Assembly: GCA_018650285.1 (NCBI GenBank)
Contig: JABIGF010000023.1
Coordinates: 12,091-76,090, forward strand
Direction of reading: 5' to 3'
Length of the DNA: 64,000 bases
Source: Methanobacteriota archaeon
GTDB taxonomy: Archaea > Thermoplasmatota > Poseidoniia > Poseidoniales > Thalassarchaeaceae
The notes below the pieces were generated by a model, which searched no databases, had not been told where the DNA came from, and saw only the letters and a list, made by a program, of their open reading frames with translations. Shown piece by piece: positions 43,309 through 53,027 of this stretch (position 1 is the first letter of the stretch; the number at the start of each line of letters is the position of its first letter). A program made the translations under genes and the position numbers.

Positions 43309-45846
43309 TTGTCTGACAGCGATATGTTGGCTGAGCGACGTGAACGTTGGGATAACCAAGGATTTGATGCTGATGCCATTTCGGCCCATCTCAAGAATGT
43401 TGGCGGCAATATGTCCGAATCAGTAATCCGCTTAGAGAACGCAATGGTTACAGCTCTTTCACTGCGTAGAAAGGTTGCAAATTGGCCACACGCGTGGCCA
43501 GAAAGAGATGTGCTGTTAAACGCGCTTAGAAACCCAACTAATGTTGATGCTTGTGAACAAAAATGGCGTGAAATTGTACGGCAAAGAAGACCGTGGGTGT
43601 TCACTGCTGAAACCGCCAGACAAAGTTGGTCCCGTGAAGGGAGAAGTGATGAATTAAGAAAATGGGTTGAACGGTTGGAAACAATAGATGAGTCCATGAC
43701 ACCCTATGCAGAAGATGTGATGGGCGGCATCGAATCTGTTGCTCCAATAAATCAAATGGAAGAATTGGTTCTCACACTTGAACAAAAACAAATACGTCGG
43801 ACAAAAATTCTAGAGGATATGATAACCCATCTCAAAATAGAACGCGGTTGGGAAATGACTGCTTTACAAGGTAATTTAACAGAAAGATATGCTGAAGTTA
43901 ACCGCATTCAAGAAATGGATACTGTTCTTGGAAGTATAGAAGAATGGGTTGATGAAGTCATTTCTATTTTTGATCCTGAAACTGCAAGTTCGTTGTTGCA
44001 AAAAGCAACTCTAGCGCAAAAAATGGAAGATGGCGCTAGGCTCAAATCTATTGAAGTAAGTTCAGAAAAAATGGCTGCTGATTTAAGCAAGAGGCTTGAT
44101 GAAATCACCAATTGGTTATCAAAATTAGAAGCTTCTGGGCTTCACATTAATGCCCCAGGATTGCCACAACCATCTGATTTATTGACATTAGAATCTCGGG
44201 TTGAAGGAATAGAAAAAATGGTAATTAGACTAAATGATGCATGGATAAAACTTGATTCATTACTAACATTATTTCCTGAATACGCTGGTGACGCCATCGC
44301 ATTACAAGGCCAAGTAGAGATGGTTGACAAAGTAGAAAGTTTGCTCGCTATCCTTGAAGATAAACGTGATGAGAGAGAACAACAATCTCGAGCACGACTA
44401 TTATCTTGGAAAGAGTCTGGATTTGAAGTAGAACCTCTAGAAACTATCCTTAATCACAGCCAAAAAACCGGGTGGTTGGCGATTGATGAGCACGCAAAAA
44501 AAATCCAAGTATGTAAGCAGATATTGGCGACTATTGATTCAATTGATGTCTCTTTTAGTGGAAATGAAGAAGCCACAAAATGGAAGAGTTTGTTAACCTC
44601 AATAGACATTAATAATGATGATTATGAAATTATTCATGATGGTATTGCAAAACAATTGAGGAGAAATCGTTGGCATCGAGAAAAATTGGATGCGGCTAGA
44701 CTTGAAATGTCTGTAATTTGGCCTGGAAAAATAAATCCATACAATCTTTCACTCTTAGAATATGAAGATATTATCACTGGATTGCAATCTGGTACAAGTA
44801 TTGAAAAATTCGCAATTTCAAAACAAAGTGGAACTGTTGACAGATTACACGCTGCAAGCATCGCTGAAATTGATATGTGGCGGCAAGATGGTTGGGATGT
44901 TTCGGCTCTTGATGAACTCGTACAGCGAGATCATGTTGAATTATGGGTTCAACTTCCTGCTTTGAGAAAGGCAGTTTATGAACATGCCAAATTAACTGAA
45001 AGGCTCCTAAGATTGCCTTTACATCGTGACGAAAAATTGCTCGAAGATGTGTTAATGAATTCAGGCCGCCCGGACCAGTTGGTCAGGCTAACAGAATCTA
45101 TTCCTGAGATGGCAAAACATCTCTCCGCTATGCCGGATATTGGTGTGAGAATTAATTCTTTGTTTTCGCCTTCGCCACCAAAAGTTTTTGCAAAATTACA
45201 TCCACTGAAACCAGTATTAATTCCAAGTATTGATGAACCAAAATTGATAGTAAAAAAGGAAAGTGAAACTGTTGAAACTGAAATAGTGGAAAATAGCAGC
45301 GATGACGGCGTAAATGTTGAAAAAACTAGCCCAAAAGAACCTGAAAGCAATATTCTCACACCCACAATAAGTTGGAACGATAGCAAATCAGAAGAAACAG
45401 AGCCCATCGAAGATACAAATTCATGGTCTATTTTATGGAATAAATTAGGTGCCCCACTTGATGCTTCTCCTCGCGACATACGGGTTCAAAGATTGGTACG
45501 ATTGACTTACATTCTCAAACCAAATTCAAATCAAATAAGTGATGAACATGAGAGTTTAATTTCGCGCCTTAATCATATCAGAAAAGAATTAGAAAAATGG
45601 ACGATTCAACGATTGGAACGACGACAATCTTCGAATAAAGGAAATTTATCTGAATTATCAAAACGGCTAGCTGAAAAGTTAACAGAAATACCGGGGCCTG
45701 GATTTGATTTGCCAAAAATGTTGGATGATGATGAATTACCAAATGCTAATGATTTGCAAGCAATAACTGCTGAAATAATAATCCTTGAAAATGCAACGAA
45801 CTTACCACTTGCAGGTAGTAAAAGTACCATTCAAACAATATCATAG
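43309..45846 (+). CDS. Large helical / coiled-coil protein (845 aa) with a recurring W-x3-G-[FWR]-[DES]-x3-L module; unknown function
   Basis: A long ORF whose first ATG is at 43324. Repeats: RWDNQGFDADAISAHL, SWSREGRSDELRKWV, SWKESGFEVEPLETIL, MWRQDGWDVSALDELV, plus a degenerate ERGWEMTALQGNL. Confidence 0.65.
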   Translation: MSDSDMLAERRERWDNQGFDADAISAHLKNVGGNMSESVIRLENAMVTALSLRRKVANWPHAWPERDVLLNALRNPTNVDACEQKWREIVRQRRPWVFTAETARQSWSREGRSDELRKWVERLETIDESMTPYAEDVMGGIESVAPINQMEELVLTLEQKQIRRTKILEDMITHLKIERGWEMTALQGNLTERYAEVNRIQEMDTVLGSIEEWVDEVISIFDPETASSLLQKATLAQKMEDGARLKSIEVSSEKMAADLSKRLDEITNWLSKLEASGLHINAPGLPQPSDLLTLESRVEGIEKMVIRLNDAWIKLDSLLTLFPEYAGDAIALQGQVEMVDKVESLLAILEDKRDEREQQSRARLLSWKESGFEVEPLETILNHSQKTGWLAIDEHAKKIQVCKQILATIDSIDVSFSGNEEATKWKSLLTSIDINNDDYEIIHDGIAKQLRRNRWHREKLDAARLEMSVIWPGKINPYNLSLLEYEDIITGLQSGTSIEKFAISKQSGTVDRLHAASIAEIDMWRQDGWDVSALDELVQRDHVELWVQLPALRKAVYEHAKLTERLLRLPLHRDEKLLEDVLMNSGRPDQLVRLTESIPEMAKHLSAMPDIGVRINSLFSPSPPKVFAKLHPLKPVLIPSIDEPKLIVKKESETVETEIVENSSDDGVNVEKTSPKEPESNILTPTISWNDSKSEETEPIEDTNSWSILWNKLGAPLDASPRDIRVQRLVRLTYILKPNSNQISDEHESLISRLNHIRKELEKWTIQRLERRQSSNKGNLSELSKRLAEKLTEIPGPGFDLPKMLDDDELPNANDLQAITAEIIILENATNLPLAGSKSTIQTIS

Positions 45847-45847
45847 A

Positions 45848-47707
45848 TTATTCACTCAATTCATTGAGTAAATCTAGTGCTTCGTCTGTACTAATTAACT
45901 CCTCACGAGGAGCTGCTTGAACAGAATAACTCGTTGGCTCCTTTACTGGCCGTGGTGCGAAAGGGTCTGCCGCTGGTTGAGATACCCCTGGTGGAGGTGG
46001 GGGGGGTGGAAGTGCATCTAACTGATGAAGTGGAGGAGATGGAGTTTGAATTGTAGTTGAAGGTGGTGGAGGTGGTGGAACCTCTATTGGAGTGGGAGGC
46101 GCTGGCGGAATGGTAGTTGGAGCAGGGGGTGCTGGCGAAATAGTTGTTGGAGGAGGTGGAGGAGGTGGGATCTCCATTGGAATTGGGGGTGGTGCTGGTG
46201 CTGGTGGAAGGGCTGTTTCGGGTTTTTCTTCAACCACTTCTTCTTTTTCTTTGGGTTCTGGTTGTGATTCAACTGGCGGCTCTGGCTCATCGTTGGAAAC
46301 AGGGATAGGAGTTGGTGCCACTGGGGGTGCTGGTTGAATTGGGGCAGGGGCTACTATTGATTCGACAGGAGGTGGGGGTGTTTGTTGGGCAATCTGCTTG
46401 GCTTCGGCGAGTTTCCTTGCTTCTTCGGCTGCTGCCTCTCTTATCTCTTCAATTTCAATTGCTTTGGCTTCGATTGAATCGCCGTCAAGTGAGTCGCCGG
46501 TCAATATTTTTCCCATCGCAATATCAATTTCATCCATACTAAAATTTGTTAATTCCCTATTGGAACCAATGCGATAAAGCAAAACTCTATGTTTGCCTGC
46601 GTTTGTTTCAAAGAATAATAATTCTGGATCTGTGTATTGGGCTAATGTCAATATTAATCCGATTAGGAAAAGGATTGAACCAATGGATGCTGTGAAAAAC
46701 GAAACAATAATCCCTGACATTGTAAGCCCCCACCATACAAATTTACCACTATCAAGCCAGTCGTATCTTTGGTGTGTGAAGCCTGTAATTGCCGATTTTT
46801 GGGTCATAAATTGGTCTTCAACAATTGCATTATCTCCGTCTCTTCTTGCTAATGAAATTCGGAAAAGTTCCCCATCATCTAACAATGAAAGTGTAGTGGC
46901 GCCAGACATGCTTTCTCGCAGTACAAATTCATTAACGTCGTTTCCAGAAGTAGCCCTTACACCAACACCAGGGGTTCTTTCAATAGACGTATATTGTTCC
47001 GGAATAAGACTTGATAACCCTGCAAATGTTGCAATAAAGGCGGAGAATAAGACCGTCCACGCCGCGGCCCCTAATTTCATTGTAGAATTATTTTCTGATT
47101 CTATTTCTGGGAACATTATGTACCAAATCAATACACTTAACAGAGCAAAAATTGCTCCGATTAATGGAGATTTATCAAAATAAGGGAGCCTTTTATCGAA
47201 CAACGCCAACCCAATAATAATAGATGATATTACTAAAAATATGAGTGATAATGCTAATAATATGAGACCGGTGTTTCCTGCCGATGCTGCGTCTCCAAGT
47301 TTTTGACAGGCATTTACAGTGGAGTTGTCTGTAATATCCCATTCTTCTATTAGTGCTGTACAATTGTCAAATTCATCGCTTAAATCAGCATCATTTTCAC
47401 TCTCACACTCGTCATCAATACAAACGGTAATGTCAGCATCATCCAATCCAAAATTTGTTTCTCGAGAACCACCGAATATTGTAATATCCGATTCATTAGA
47501 AACCATCCAATTTTCTGAAAAGGGGGTTGTCAACGACAGAATGATTGCAATGACTACTAACGCCAAATTTATTTTTTCAATGCTTTTTGAACCGTTATGA
47601 AAATGAGTGATATTTGTAGATTGGATGGTTGCATCACCAGCAATTACTGAGTCTTGCAGGACTATTTCATCGCCGAGTGCAGGTGTTCCATCATCTCCCT
47701 GCATCAC
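45848..47707 (-). CDS. Polytopic membrane protein (619 aa) with a long poly-proline C-terminal region and an acidic helical terminus
   Basis: At least 6 hydrophobic helices. The C-terminal 150 aa or so are rich in PPPPPPP/PAPP tracts (IPPPPPPPTT, VPPPPPPST, LPPPPPPPGV). It ends EELISTDEALDLLNELSE. Confidence 0.65.
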   Translation of the reverse strand: MMQGDDGTPALGDEIVLQDSVIAGDATIQSTNITHFHNGSKSIEKINLALVVIAIILSLTTPFSENWMVSNESDITIFGGSRETNFGLDDADITVCIDDECESENDADLSDEFDNCTALIEEWDITDNSTVNACQKLGDAASAGNTGLILLALSLIFLVISSIIIGLALFDKRLPYFDKSPLIGAIFALLSVLIWYIMFPEIESENNSTMKLGAAAWTVLFSAFIATFAGLSSLIPEQYTSIERTPGVGVRATSGNDVNEFVLRESMSGATTLSLLDDGELFRISLARRDGDNAIVEDQFMTQKSAITGFTHQRYDWLDSGKFVWWGLTMSGIIVSFFTASIGSILFLIGLILTLAQYTDPELLFFETNAGKHRVLLYRIGSNRELTNFSMDEIDIAMGKILTGDSLDGDSIEAKAIEIEEIREAAAEEARKLAEAKQIAQQTPPPPVESIVAPAPIQPAPPVAPTPIPVSNDEPEPPVESQPEPKEKEEVVEEKPETALPPAPAPPPIPMEIPPPPPPPTTISPAPPAPTTIPPAPPTPIEVPPPPPPSTTIQTPSPPLHQLDALPPPPPPPGVSQPAADPFAPRPVKEPTSYSVQAAPREELISTDEALDLLNELSE

Positions 47708-47763
47708 CCTGTGAGATGACTATCTCTCTTATGAGAGATGCGAGAGAGGGATTTGTATGCAAC

Positions 47764-48921
47764 TCAAAAATCTGACGTTGCATAAACTGTGATGCCTTCT
47801 GGCGCATCGCTATCCATTGTTGGCACAATTACTGTTTCAATACCACTTTCAGCAATCATTTCCATTAATGATGATGTGCCTTTTGATTTGATTACAATTG
47901 CTTGGACACCTTCTGTTTCGCCTGCTGCTGCGATAATATCTTTGATACTTGCCGCATCAGATGCTGAGCCATCTTCTTGAATTATTATTGCTTGATTTGC
48001 CTTCTTAGGCATGTTGCCAGCCCATTCTTTTACTTCATCAGGAACTTCGACAGTGTTAGTTGCACCATTGACTTCACCTTCTGTTTTTTCAATTCTAGCA
48101 ATTACTCGCTTTGCTTCCTCTGCTTTACCTAGATGTTTACCAATCACCTTCTTTTCAAGATGTTCAACTTCACGGCTTTCTGGAGCAAAAGCGATGTGAG
48201 TAAGACTGGCACCAAGAACTCCTGAAAGTTCCAAAGCGATCATTCGGCCACCGCGGTCTCCATCAAGGAAAGCTTTGACCATTGATTTTTTAGCTGCTAA
48301 TTCTGCGAGTGATGGGTCAACACCAGCGCCCATAACTGCAATCACATTCTTGATTCCGCACGATGCTAAATTCAACACATCGTTGCGTCCTTCAACAATA
48401 ATCAAAGCATCTGAATCCTCTACATTTGGACCACATGTCATGTTTGTATCTTTGTATGTAGTAACTTCACTTGTGGTTAACACACTGCGAACTTCATCAA
48501 TCAAATTGCCTGCTTCTGTATCTCGCTGACGCACGATATCAAGAAGGATGTCTTTTGCTCTGTCAACCATCGATGTACGCTTTGAAGATTGAATATTGGA
48601 AATTTCAATCACTTTTAATTTTGAAGCCGCTGGGCCAATTCTTTCAATTGTTTCCAAAGCAGCACCAATAATTGCGCTCTCTACATTCTCAAGTGATGAT
48701 GGAATTTCAATAACTCCACTCACTTTGCCCTTATTGCTGTCAAGTTCAACATCAATATGTCCAATTCTACCAGAACGCTGTAACTTTCTCAAGTCTAATG
48801 CGTCGGGCATTAAACCCTCTGTCTGGCCAAAAATGGCACCTATGATGTCTTTTCTCCTGGCTTGGCCATCGAGTTTAACAGACACTCTAATCATATATTT
48901 TGCATTTGCTGATTCTTTCAT
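47764..48921 (-). CDS. dnaG: Archaeal DnaG-type primase (Toprim domain protein; exosome-associated in some archaea)
   Basis: KYMIRVSVKLDGQARRKDIIGAIFGQTEGLM N-terminal signature, and Toprim motifs LIIVEGRNDV and LDGDRGG. ATG 48921 is preceded by GGAG. The ORF track starts at 48954. Confidence 0.85.
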   Translation of the reverse strand: MKESANAKYMIRVSVKLDGQARRKDIIGAIFGQTEGLMPDALDLRKLQRSGRIGHIDVELDSNKGKVSGVIEIPSSLENVESAIIGAALETIERIGPAASKLKVIEISNIQSSKRTSMVDRAKDILLDIVRQRDTEAGNLIDEVRSVLTTSEVTTYKDTNMTCGPNVEDSDALIIVEGRNDVLNLASCGIKNVIAVMGAGVDPSLAELAAKKSMVKAFLDGDRGGRMIALELSGVLGASLTHIAFAPESREVEHLEKKVIGKHLGKAEEAKRVIARIEKTEGEVNGATNTVEVPDEVKEWAGNMPKKANQAIIIQEDGSASDAASIKDIIAAAGETEGVQAIVIKSKGTSSLMEMIAESGIETVIVPTMDSDAPEGITVYATSDF

Positions 48922-49020
48922 TATGCTCGTCTCCTTTAGGCCTACCCGAACCATGCACTGGTCGGTTTTCTCTGAATCGAGCGTTAAACGCCCGGTGAGT
49001 GGAACAGGTGAACCTGTGAT

Positions 49021-49584
49021 TTGGCGGACCTACCCTTCACACATGAACCCACCGGATGCTTAGTCAAGGTGAAAAGGTGTAACGTGTGTGGTCATTTTGT
49101 GTCTGAGGGTGGTGGGCCGGTCAAGACTCGCGAAGTTTATGCTTCGGTCACTAGAATTCTATTGCGTGACGGCCTACTAACACGTGAAGAACAAAGACTT
49201 GCAACTAAGTTGGCAATCTTACTTTTTAAGAACGATAATAATCTAAAAAACACACCCGGTGAAATCTACAATTCTGTTGTTGCGGGTGAAGCTGTTGAAG
49301 GTGGAAGAATTATTGGAAAACATGAACGTGTGAAGATATATCGGGATATGTTTGAGGCTGCTTTTGTCAACGCGTCATTGGGCCATGATGAGTTGGCTGT
49401 GATTGCTGTATTACGCTCAAGCATGAATATCAATGATGAGGAGCATGACGGTGCGATTGAAGAAATGCGCGGTTCACTTGAGGAAAGTATTGAGCCAAAA
49501 TTACTTGAGAAAGTAAAGGGTGATTTGACTAATGTCATTGACTTGGTTGGTGGGATGTTTGATTCAATTCGACTAAAGCGATAA
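49021..49584 (+). CDS. Hypothetical protein (helical; weak TerB/DjlA-N-like look)
   Basis: 187-aa ORF with an N-terminal CNVCGH. Two helical segments have the TerB-like pattern (DGLLTREEQRLATKLAILL; GHDELAVIAVLRSSMNINDEEHDGAIEEM). This is a weak call and the start is uncertain. Confidence 0.4.
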   Translation: MADLPFTHEPTGCLVKVKRCNVCGHFVSEGGGPVKTREVYASVTRILLRDGLLTREEQRLATKLAILLFKNDNNLKNTPGEIYNSVVAGEAVEGGRIIGKHERVKIYRDMFEAAFVNASLGHDELAVIAVLRSSMNINDEEHDGAIEEMRGSLEESIEPKLLEKVKGDLTNVIDLVGGMFDSIRLKR

Positions 49585-49636
49585 CATCCAATATTAGTTC
49601 AAAACAAGTTGTATTCGCCACAATCAAGATGAGGGG

Positions 49637-49858
49637 GTGTACCTACGGCTAAATGTGCGGTTTCTCGAACCCGAAGACCCAATTGCTCTAGCTGCTCTCC
49701 AGTATTTGTTGGAAAGAGACGCTGCAGACGTGAAGAAATTGCTTGAATGGTTGCCGTCTGCACAAACCCGTCGGGATCGGCTTGCAATCCTCAATAGGGC
49801 AAACAGTTTGATGGAAGAATTAGAATTTGCCATCAACAGAATTGCCGAGGTTGAATAA
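49637..49858 (+). CDS. Small hypothetical helical protein (73 aa)
   Basis: Its stop lies 1 nt before the ATG of the next gene (TAATATG). It looks more protein-like than the two antisense ORFs covering the same region. GTG start. Confidence 0.35.
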   Translation: MYLRLNVRFLEPEDPIALAALQYLLERDAADVKKLLEWLPSAQTRRDRLAILNRANSLMEELEFAINRIAEVE

Positions 49859-49859
49859 T

Positions 49860-50633
49860 ATGAAGCAATCTGTTTTTCATAACGAAAAAAAGGTTGAATA
49901 TGCCCTAATTATTGCAGGTGGCGCTTCAAAAAGAATGGTTGAAAATAAAAATTGGATTGATTTTAATGGGAAACCAATGCTAAGGCAGGTATTACATCGA
50001 TTATATGAATCTGGAATTGACAAAGTAACTGTTTGCTATGTTGAAGATGGATTACCAAAACAATCCTTAGATATTGAAGAAGATGAAGTTTGGGAAGATG
50101 AATATCAACACCTAGGGCAAAAACTTCCGTGGACTGCAGAAATGTGGCAAACTATCACCTTAAATGGTGTAGATGATGAACTCTTGAAAACGATTCGCCA
50201 CCCACTATTAGGAATTAGAGAAGCCGTCTTATCTGCTGCAAAAAATGTAAAATGTAAAATTGCTATGTTAATATCAAACGATGTGCCTATTTTAGACCCA
50301 GCACTTGTTAGTGCACTACACGGCCAATTGGATAGTTCGTGCTCAGGTGTAATGGCCCAAATGAGTGATGGGCAGCCAGCACCGCTACTATCGTTAGTTA
50401 AACCGAAAGAATTGCTCTCTAGGATGGAAGATGGTTATGCAGCAACAGTACTGGCATTAGCAAATAATGAAAAAACACCATCAACAACAAGTGTCATGAT
50501 TCAAGCAGGAGTGAAAGTTGTTGATATTGCAACACTAACTGCTTCTGGTGTTGATATGACCCGCCTTCAAGGCGCTAATACTCCTGAGGAATTGGAAGGA
50601 TTAAAACGACGCTGGAAAGAAATCAATCAATGA
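49860..50633 (+). CDS. MobA-like NTP transferase (molybdenum cofactor guanylyltransferase family) with insertions
   Basis: ALIIAGGASKRM...KNWIDFNGKPML is the N-terminal MobA/NTP_transf_3 signature. The ORF track starts at 49827. Confidence 0.5.
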   Translation: MKQSVFHNEKKVEYALIIAGGASKRMVENKNWIDFNGKPMLRQVLHRLYESGIDKVTVCYVEDGLPKQSLDIEEDEVWEDEYQHLGQKLPWTAEMWQTITLNGVDDELLKTIRHPLLGIREAVLSAAKNVKCKIAMLISNDVPILDPALVSALHGQLDSSCSGVMAQMSDGQPAPLLSLVKPKELLSRMEDGYAATVLALANNEKTPSTTSVMIQAGVKVVDIATLTASGVDMTRLQGANTPEELEGLKRRWKEINQ

Positions 50634-51309
50634 TTTTGAAATTATTTCCATCTTGTAATACTCTTCCTTCTGCAAGAGCATCAATAACTAATGGATACAA
50701 TTTATGTTCAATATCTATACGGATTCTTAATCCAAGAGATTGTTCATCTTCGCCCGTTAATATTTCAGTTGTTTTGGTGGCAATTAATGGACCATCATCA
50801 ACACCCGCACTAACAAAATGAACTGATGCGCCTGCAACCAGTGAACCTGCTTCTATTGTGTCTTGAATTCCGTGTGCACCAGGGTAAAGCGCACCATCCT
50901 CGCCCCAAGGACTAGGATGGATATTGATGACTCGCCCGAGGCGTTGGTTGAGAAAATTCTCTGTTAATATTCTCATATAACCACTGCAAACAACCAATTC
51001 AACTTGATGTTCATCAAGTGATTTAGAAATTAAATTTTCATGAGCAATTCTTCGCTCTGTAGGAGAAGAAAAATATCTAAGCGGTGGTAGTGTAATTGCC
51101 AGTGATTTGATACCATAATTAGTAGCACGCTCAAGTCCTTTCACGTTTGCTTTATCGGAAATAACAACGGCTGTCGTATGAGAGCAATTATTTGATTGTT
51201 GAAATCTCAATAACGCCTCTAAACCCGAGCCTGAACCTGAAATGAGCACGCCTATTTTTAGTGGTACGTCAATAGATGCAATCCTCGGAAGGTTGTATTG
51301 GACGGACAT
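50623..51309 (-). CDS. purN: Phosphoribosylglycinamide formyltransferase
   Basis: IGVLISGSGSGLEALL, LVVCSGYMRIL, INIHPS and the downstream Asp region. 228 aa. Confidence 0.8.
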   Translation of the reverse strand: MSVQYNLPRIASIDVPLKIGVLISGSGSGLEALLRFQQSNNCSHTTAVVISDKANVKGLERATNYGIKSLAITLPPLRYFSSPTERRIAHENLISKSLDEHQVELVVCSGYMRILTENFLNQRLGRVINIHPSPWGEDGALYPGAHGIQDTIEAGSLVAGASVHFVSAGVDDGPLIATKTTEILTGEDEQSLGLRIRIDIEHKLYPLVIDALAEGRVLQDGNNFKIID

Positions 51310-51438
51310 GTTCGGGAAACCTCACTCAGCATAGGCTAGATGCCTCATCCTCAAGATAAGGGGCTAGGCCAACACTTTTGAGCAAATCGGCCATTTTTTA
51401 GACACTACACTGCGCCGCAACAAATAGGGGGATATATT

Positions 51439-51879
51439 CTGAGTGAACGACTAGAGAATATTGATGCTGTTGTTGAGAAGTATTCTCGTAATTCAACACC
51501 ACTGCGTAGGAAAATCTATGTTTTCATTGGGTGTATTTTCATTGTTTGTGCTATTATTGGGATTTGGATACCTGGCTGGCCAACTGTATCTTGGGCTGTT
51601 CCAGCAGCTTATCTTTTCAGTATTTCAAATGAAAAATTGTTCCGATGGACTTTGACAAACCGTTGGTTTGGCTCAGCATTGTTTGACTACTACTCTACAG
51701 GAAAAACACTACCTAAGCACGTTAAAACTTGGATAATTGTATTCATTACAATAATGTCTGCTGTTTCTATTTGGATAACAGATCTTACCGGCGACCCGGG
51801 TTATGGCCAAGTTACTATTGTTATTGTTTGGTTAATTGGCGTTTGGTTCATCAATTCAAAAGTAAAAACCCGTAGTTGA
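51439..51879 (+). CDS. YbaN/DUF454-family small membrane protein; no canonical start codon in frame
   Basis: Frame-1 translation gives ...RRKIYVFIGCIFIVCAIIGIWIPGWPTVSWAVPAAYLFSISNEKLFRWTLTNRWFGSALFDYY...KHVKTWIIVFITIMSAV..., matching the DUF454 layout. The frame is open from 51382, but the first ATG/GTG/TTG is TTG 51637, inside the conserved core. CTG 51439 and ATT 51436 are the only near-cognate candidates. Confidence 0.5.
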   Translation: MSERLENIDAVVEKYSRNSTPLRRKIYVFIGCIFIVCAIIGIWIPGWPTVSWAVPAAYLFSISNEKLFRWTLTNRWFGSALFDYYSTGKTLPKHVKTWIIVFITIMSAVSIWITDLTGDPGYGQVTIVIVWLIGVWFINSKVKTRS

Positions 51880-51960
51880 GCCAACACCACTCAAACGAGA
51901 TATTGATTATCAATGCCTTTCTAGCGTTGGGTTTTCATGCTGCAAGGGTTGCGCGAGGTA

Positions 51961-52989
51961 ATGAAAGGTGTTGTGCTAGTCACTGGCGCTAGTGGATATA
52001 TTGGTAGCCACATTGTTGCAAATCTACTAGCAAGTGGGCGAAATGTGCGTGCTGCATTAAGGGCACCAGATGACCCCGAAAGAGTTGGGCATTTACTAGC
52101 CCTTCCTGTTGGTGACGGGGGCTCATTAGATATTGTTAAAATGGACCTTTTTGATGTTGAACAAGTCAAAACGGCTGTGGCTGGTTGTAGTGACGTGATT
52201 CACGCTGCTGCTGCTCTATATGTTGGCAAATCCGACCCACAAAAAGATGTAGTAGACCCGTCATTAATTGGTACTCAAAATATCTGTGATGCTATTGATG
52301 CAACCGATTCAGTAATACGAATTGTTCACACCTCATCTACTGCTGCTATTAGGCCAACAAACTACGAAGACGGTGTTTGCTTTACATCTGAGTCATGGGC
52401 AAATGATGCAACGATTGAGAATAACGCGTATGGATTAGCAAAGGCTGGTGCTGAAAAATTGGTTAGAAAATGGCACGCTAACAAAGATGAAAGTAATCGC
52501 CCTCGGCTTGTCACTATTCACCCGTGTGTGGTGTTTGGTCCCCCATTATCAAAGCGACATTTGGGTGGAAGTCTATCGTACATAGAAGCGTTGTATAAGC
52601 GTACGATGCCAAAATCTCTCCCCGTTCATATCAACATTGTTGATGTAAGAGATGTTGCAGAATCTCATGTACGAGCATTAACTGAGGGGAAAGATTGTGG
52701 AAGGTATTTGGTAATTGGTGGCGATATGTGGATGAAAGACGTAGCTGACATTTTGAGGGGAGCATATCCTGAAAGAAAATGGCCAAAAGGAGTTCTTCCT
52801 TACTCTGTGTGTTTAATTGCTGCATTATTTCATCCAAAAATAAGTATCAAATGGGCCCGTTCCTCTTTGAAACGCCACTGCACTTTTGATGCTGCACCAG
52901 CAATACAGGAGTTGAACATGACTTTTCGTCAACCAAGTGAATCGATTATTGACTCTATTCCGCCGATTAAAGACAACGGTTGGGCATAA
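51961..52989 (+). CDS. NAD(P)-dependent extended SDR (aldehyde / dihydroflavonol-4-reductase-like)
   Basis: VLVTGASGYIGSHIV Rossmann motif and YGLAK (YxxxK). The ORF track starts at 51937. Confidence 0.7.
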   Translation: MKGVVLVTGASGYIGSHIVANLLASGRNVRAALRAPDDPERVGHLLALPVGDGGSLDIVKMDLFDVEQVKTAVAGCSDVIHAAAALYVGKSDPQKDVVDPSLIGTQNICDAIDATDSVIRIVHTSSTAAIRPTNYEDGVCFTSESWANDATIENNAYGLAKAGAEKLVRKWHANKDESNRPRLVTIHPCVVFGPPLSKRHLGGSLSYIEALYKRTMPKSLPVHINIVDVRDVAESHVRALTEGKDCGRYLVIGGDMWMKDVADILRGAYPERKWPKGVLPYSVCLIAALFHPKISIKWARSSLKRHCTFDAAPAIQELNMTFRQPSESIIDSIPPIKDNGWA

Positions 52990-53027
52990 GCAAACTTTGA
53001 GGGGTGGCGCCACCCCCGCTTCTCTTA

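Noticed and set aside
43257-43697. 146-aa minus-strand ORF overlapping the start of the 845-aa gene and the promoter palindrome
   Set aside because: It is antisense to a much longer and better ORF, has a Ser/Leu-rich composition, and would run through the divergent promoter region.
46092-46337. 81-aa Gly-rich ORF on the plus strand, and neighbouring plus-strand ORFs at 46312-46542 and 46593-47183
   Set aside because: This is the mirror image of the poly-proline (CCN) coding region of the 619-aa minus-strand gene. The low-complexity poly-Gly product is a classic antisense artefact.
51461-51655. 64-aa frame-2 ORF (TTG start) offered by the ORF track
   Set aside because: The overlapping frame-1 translation gives a convincing YbaN/DUF454-like membrane protein, while the frame-2 product has no recognisable features.
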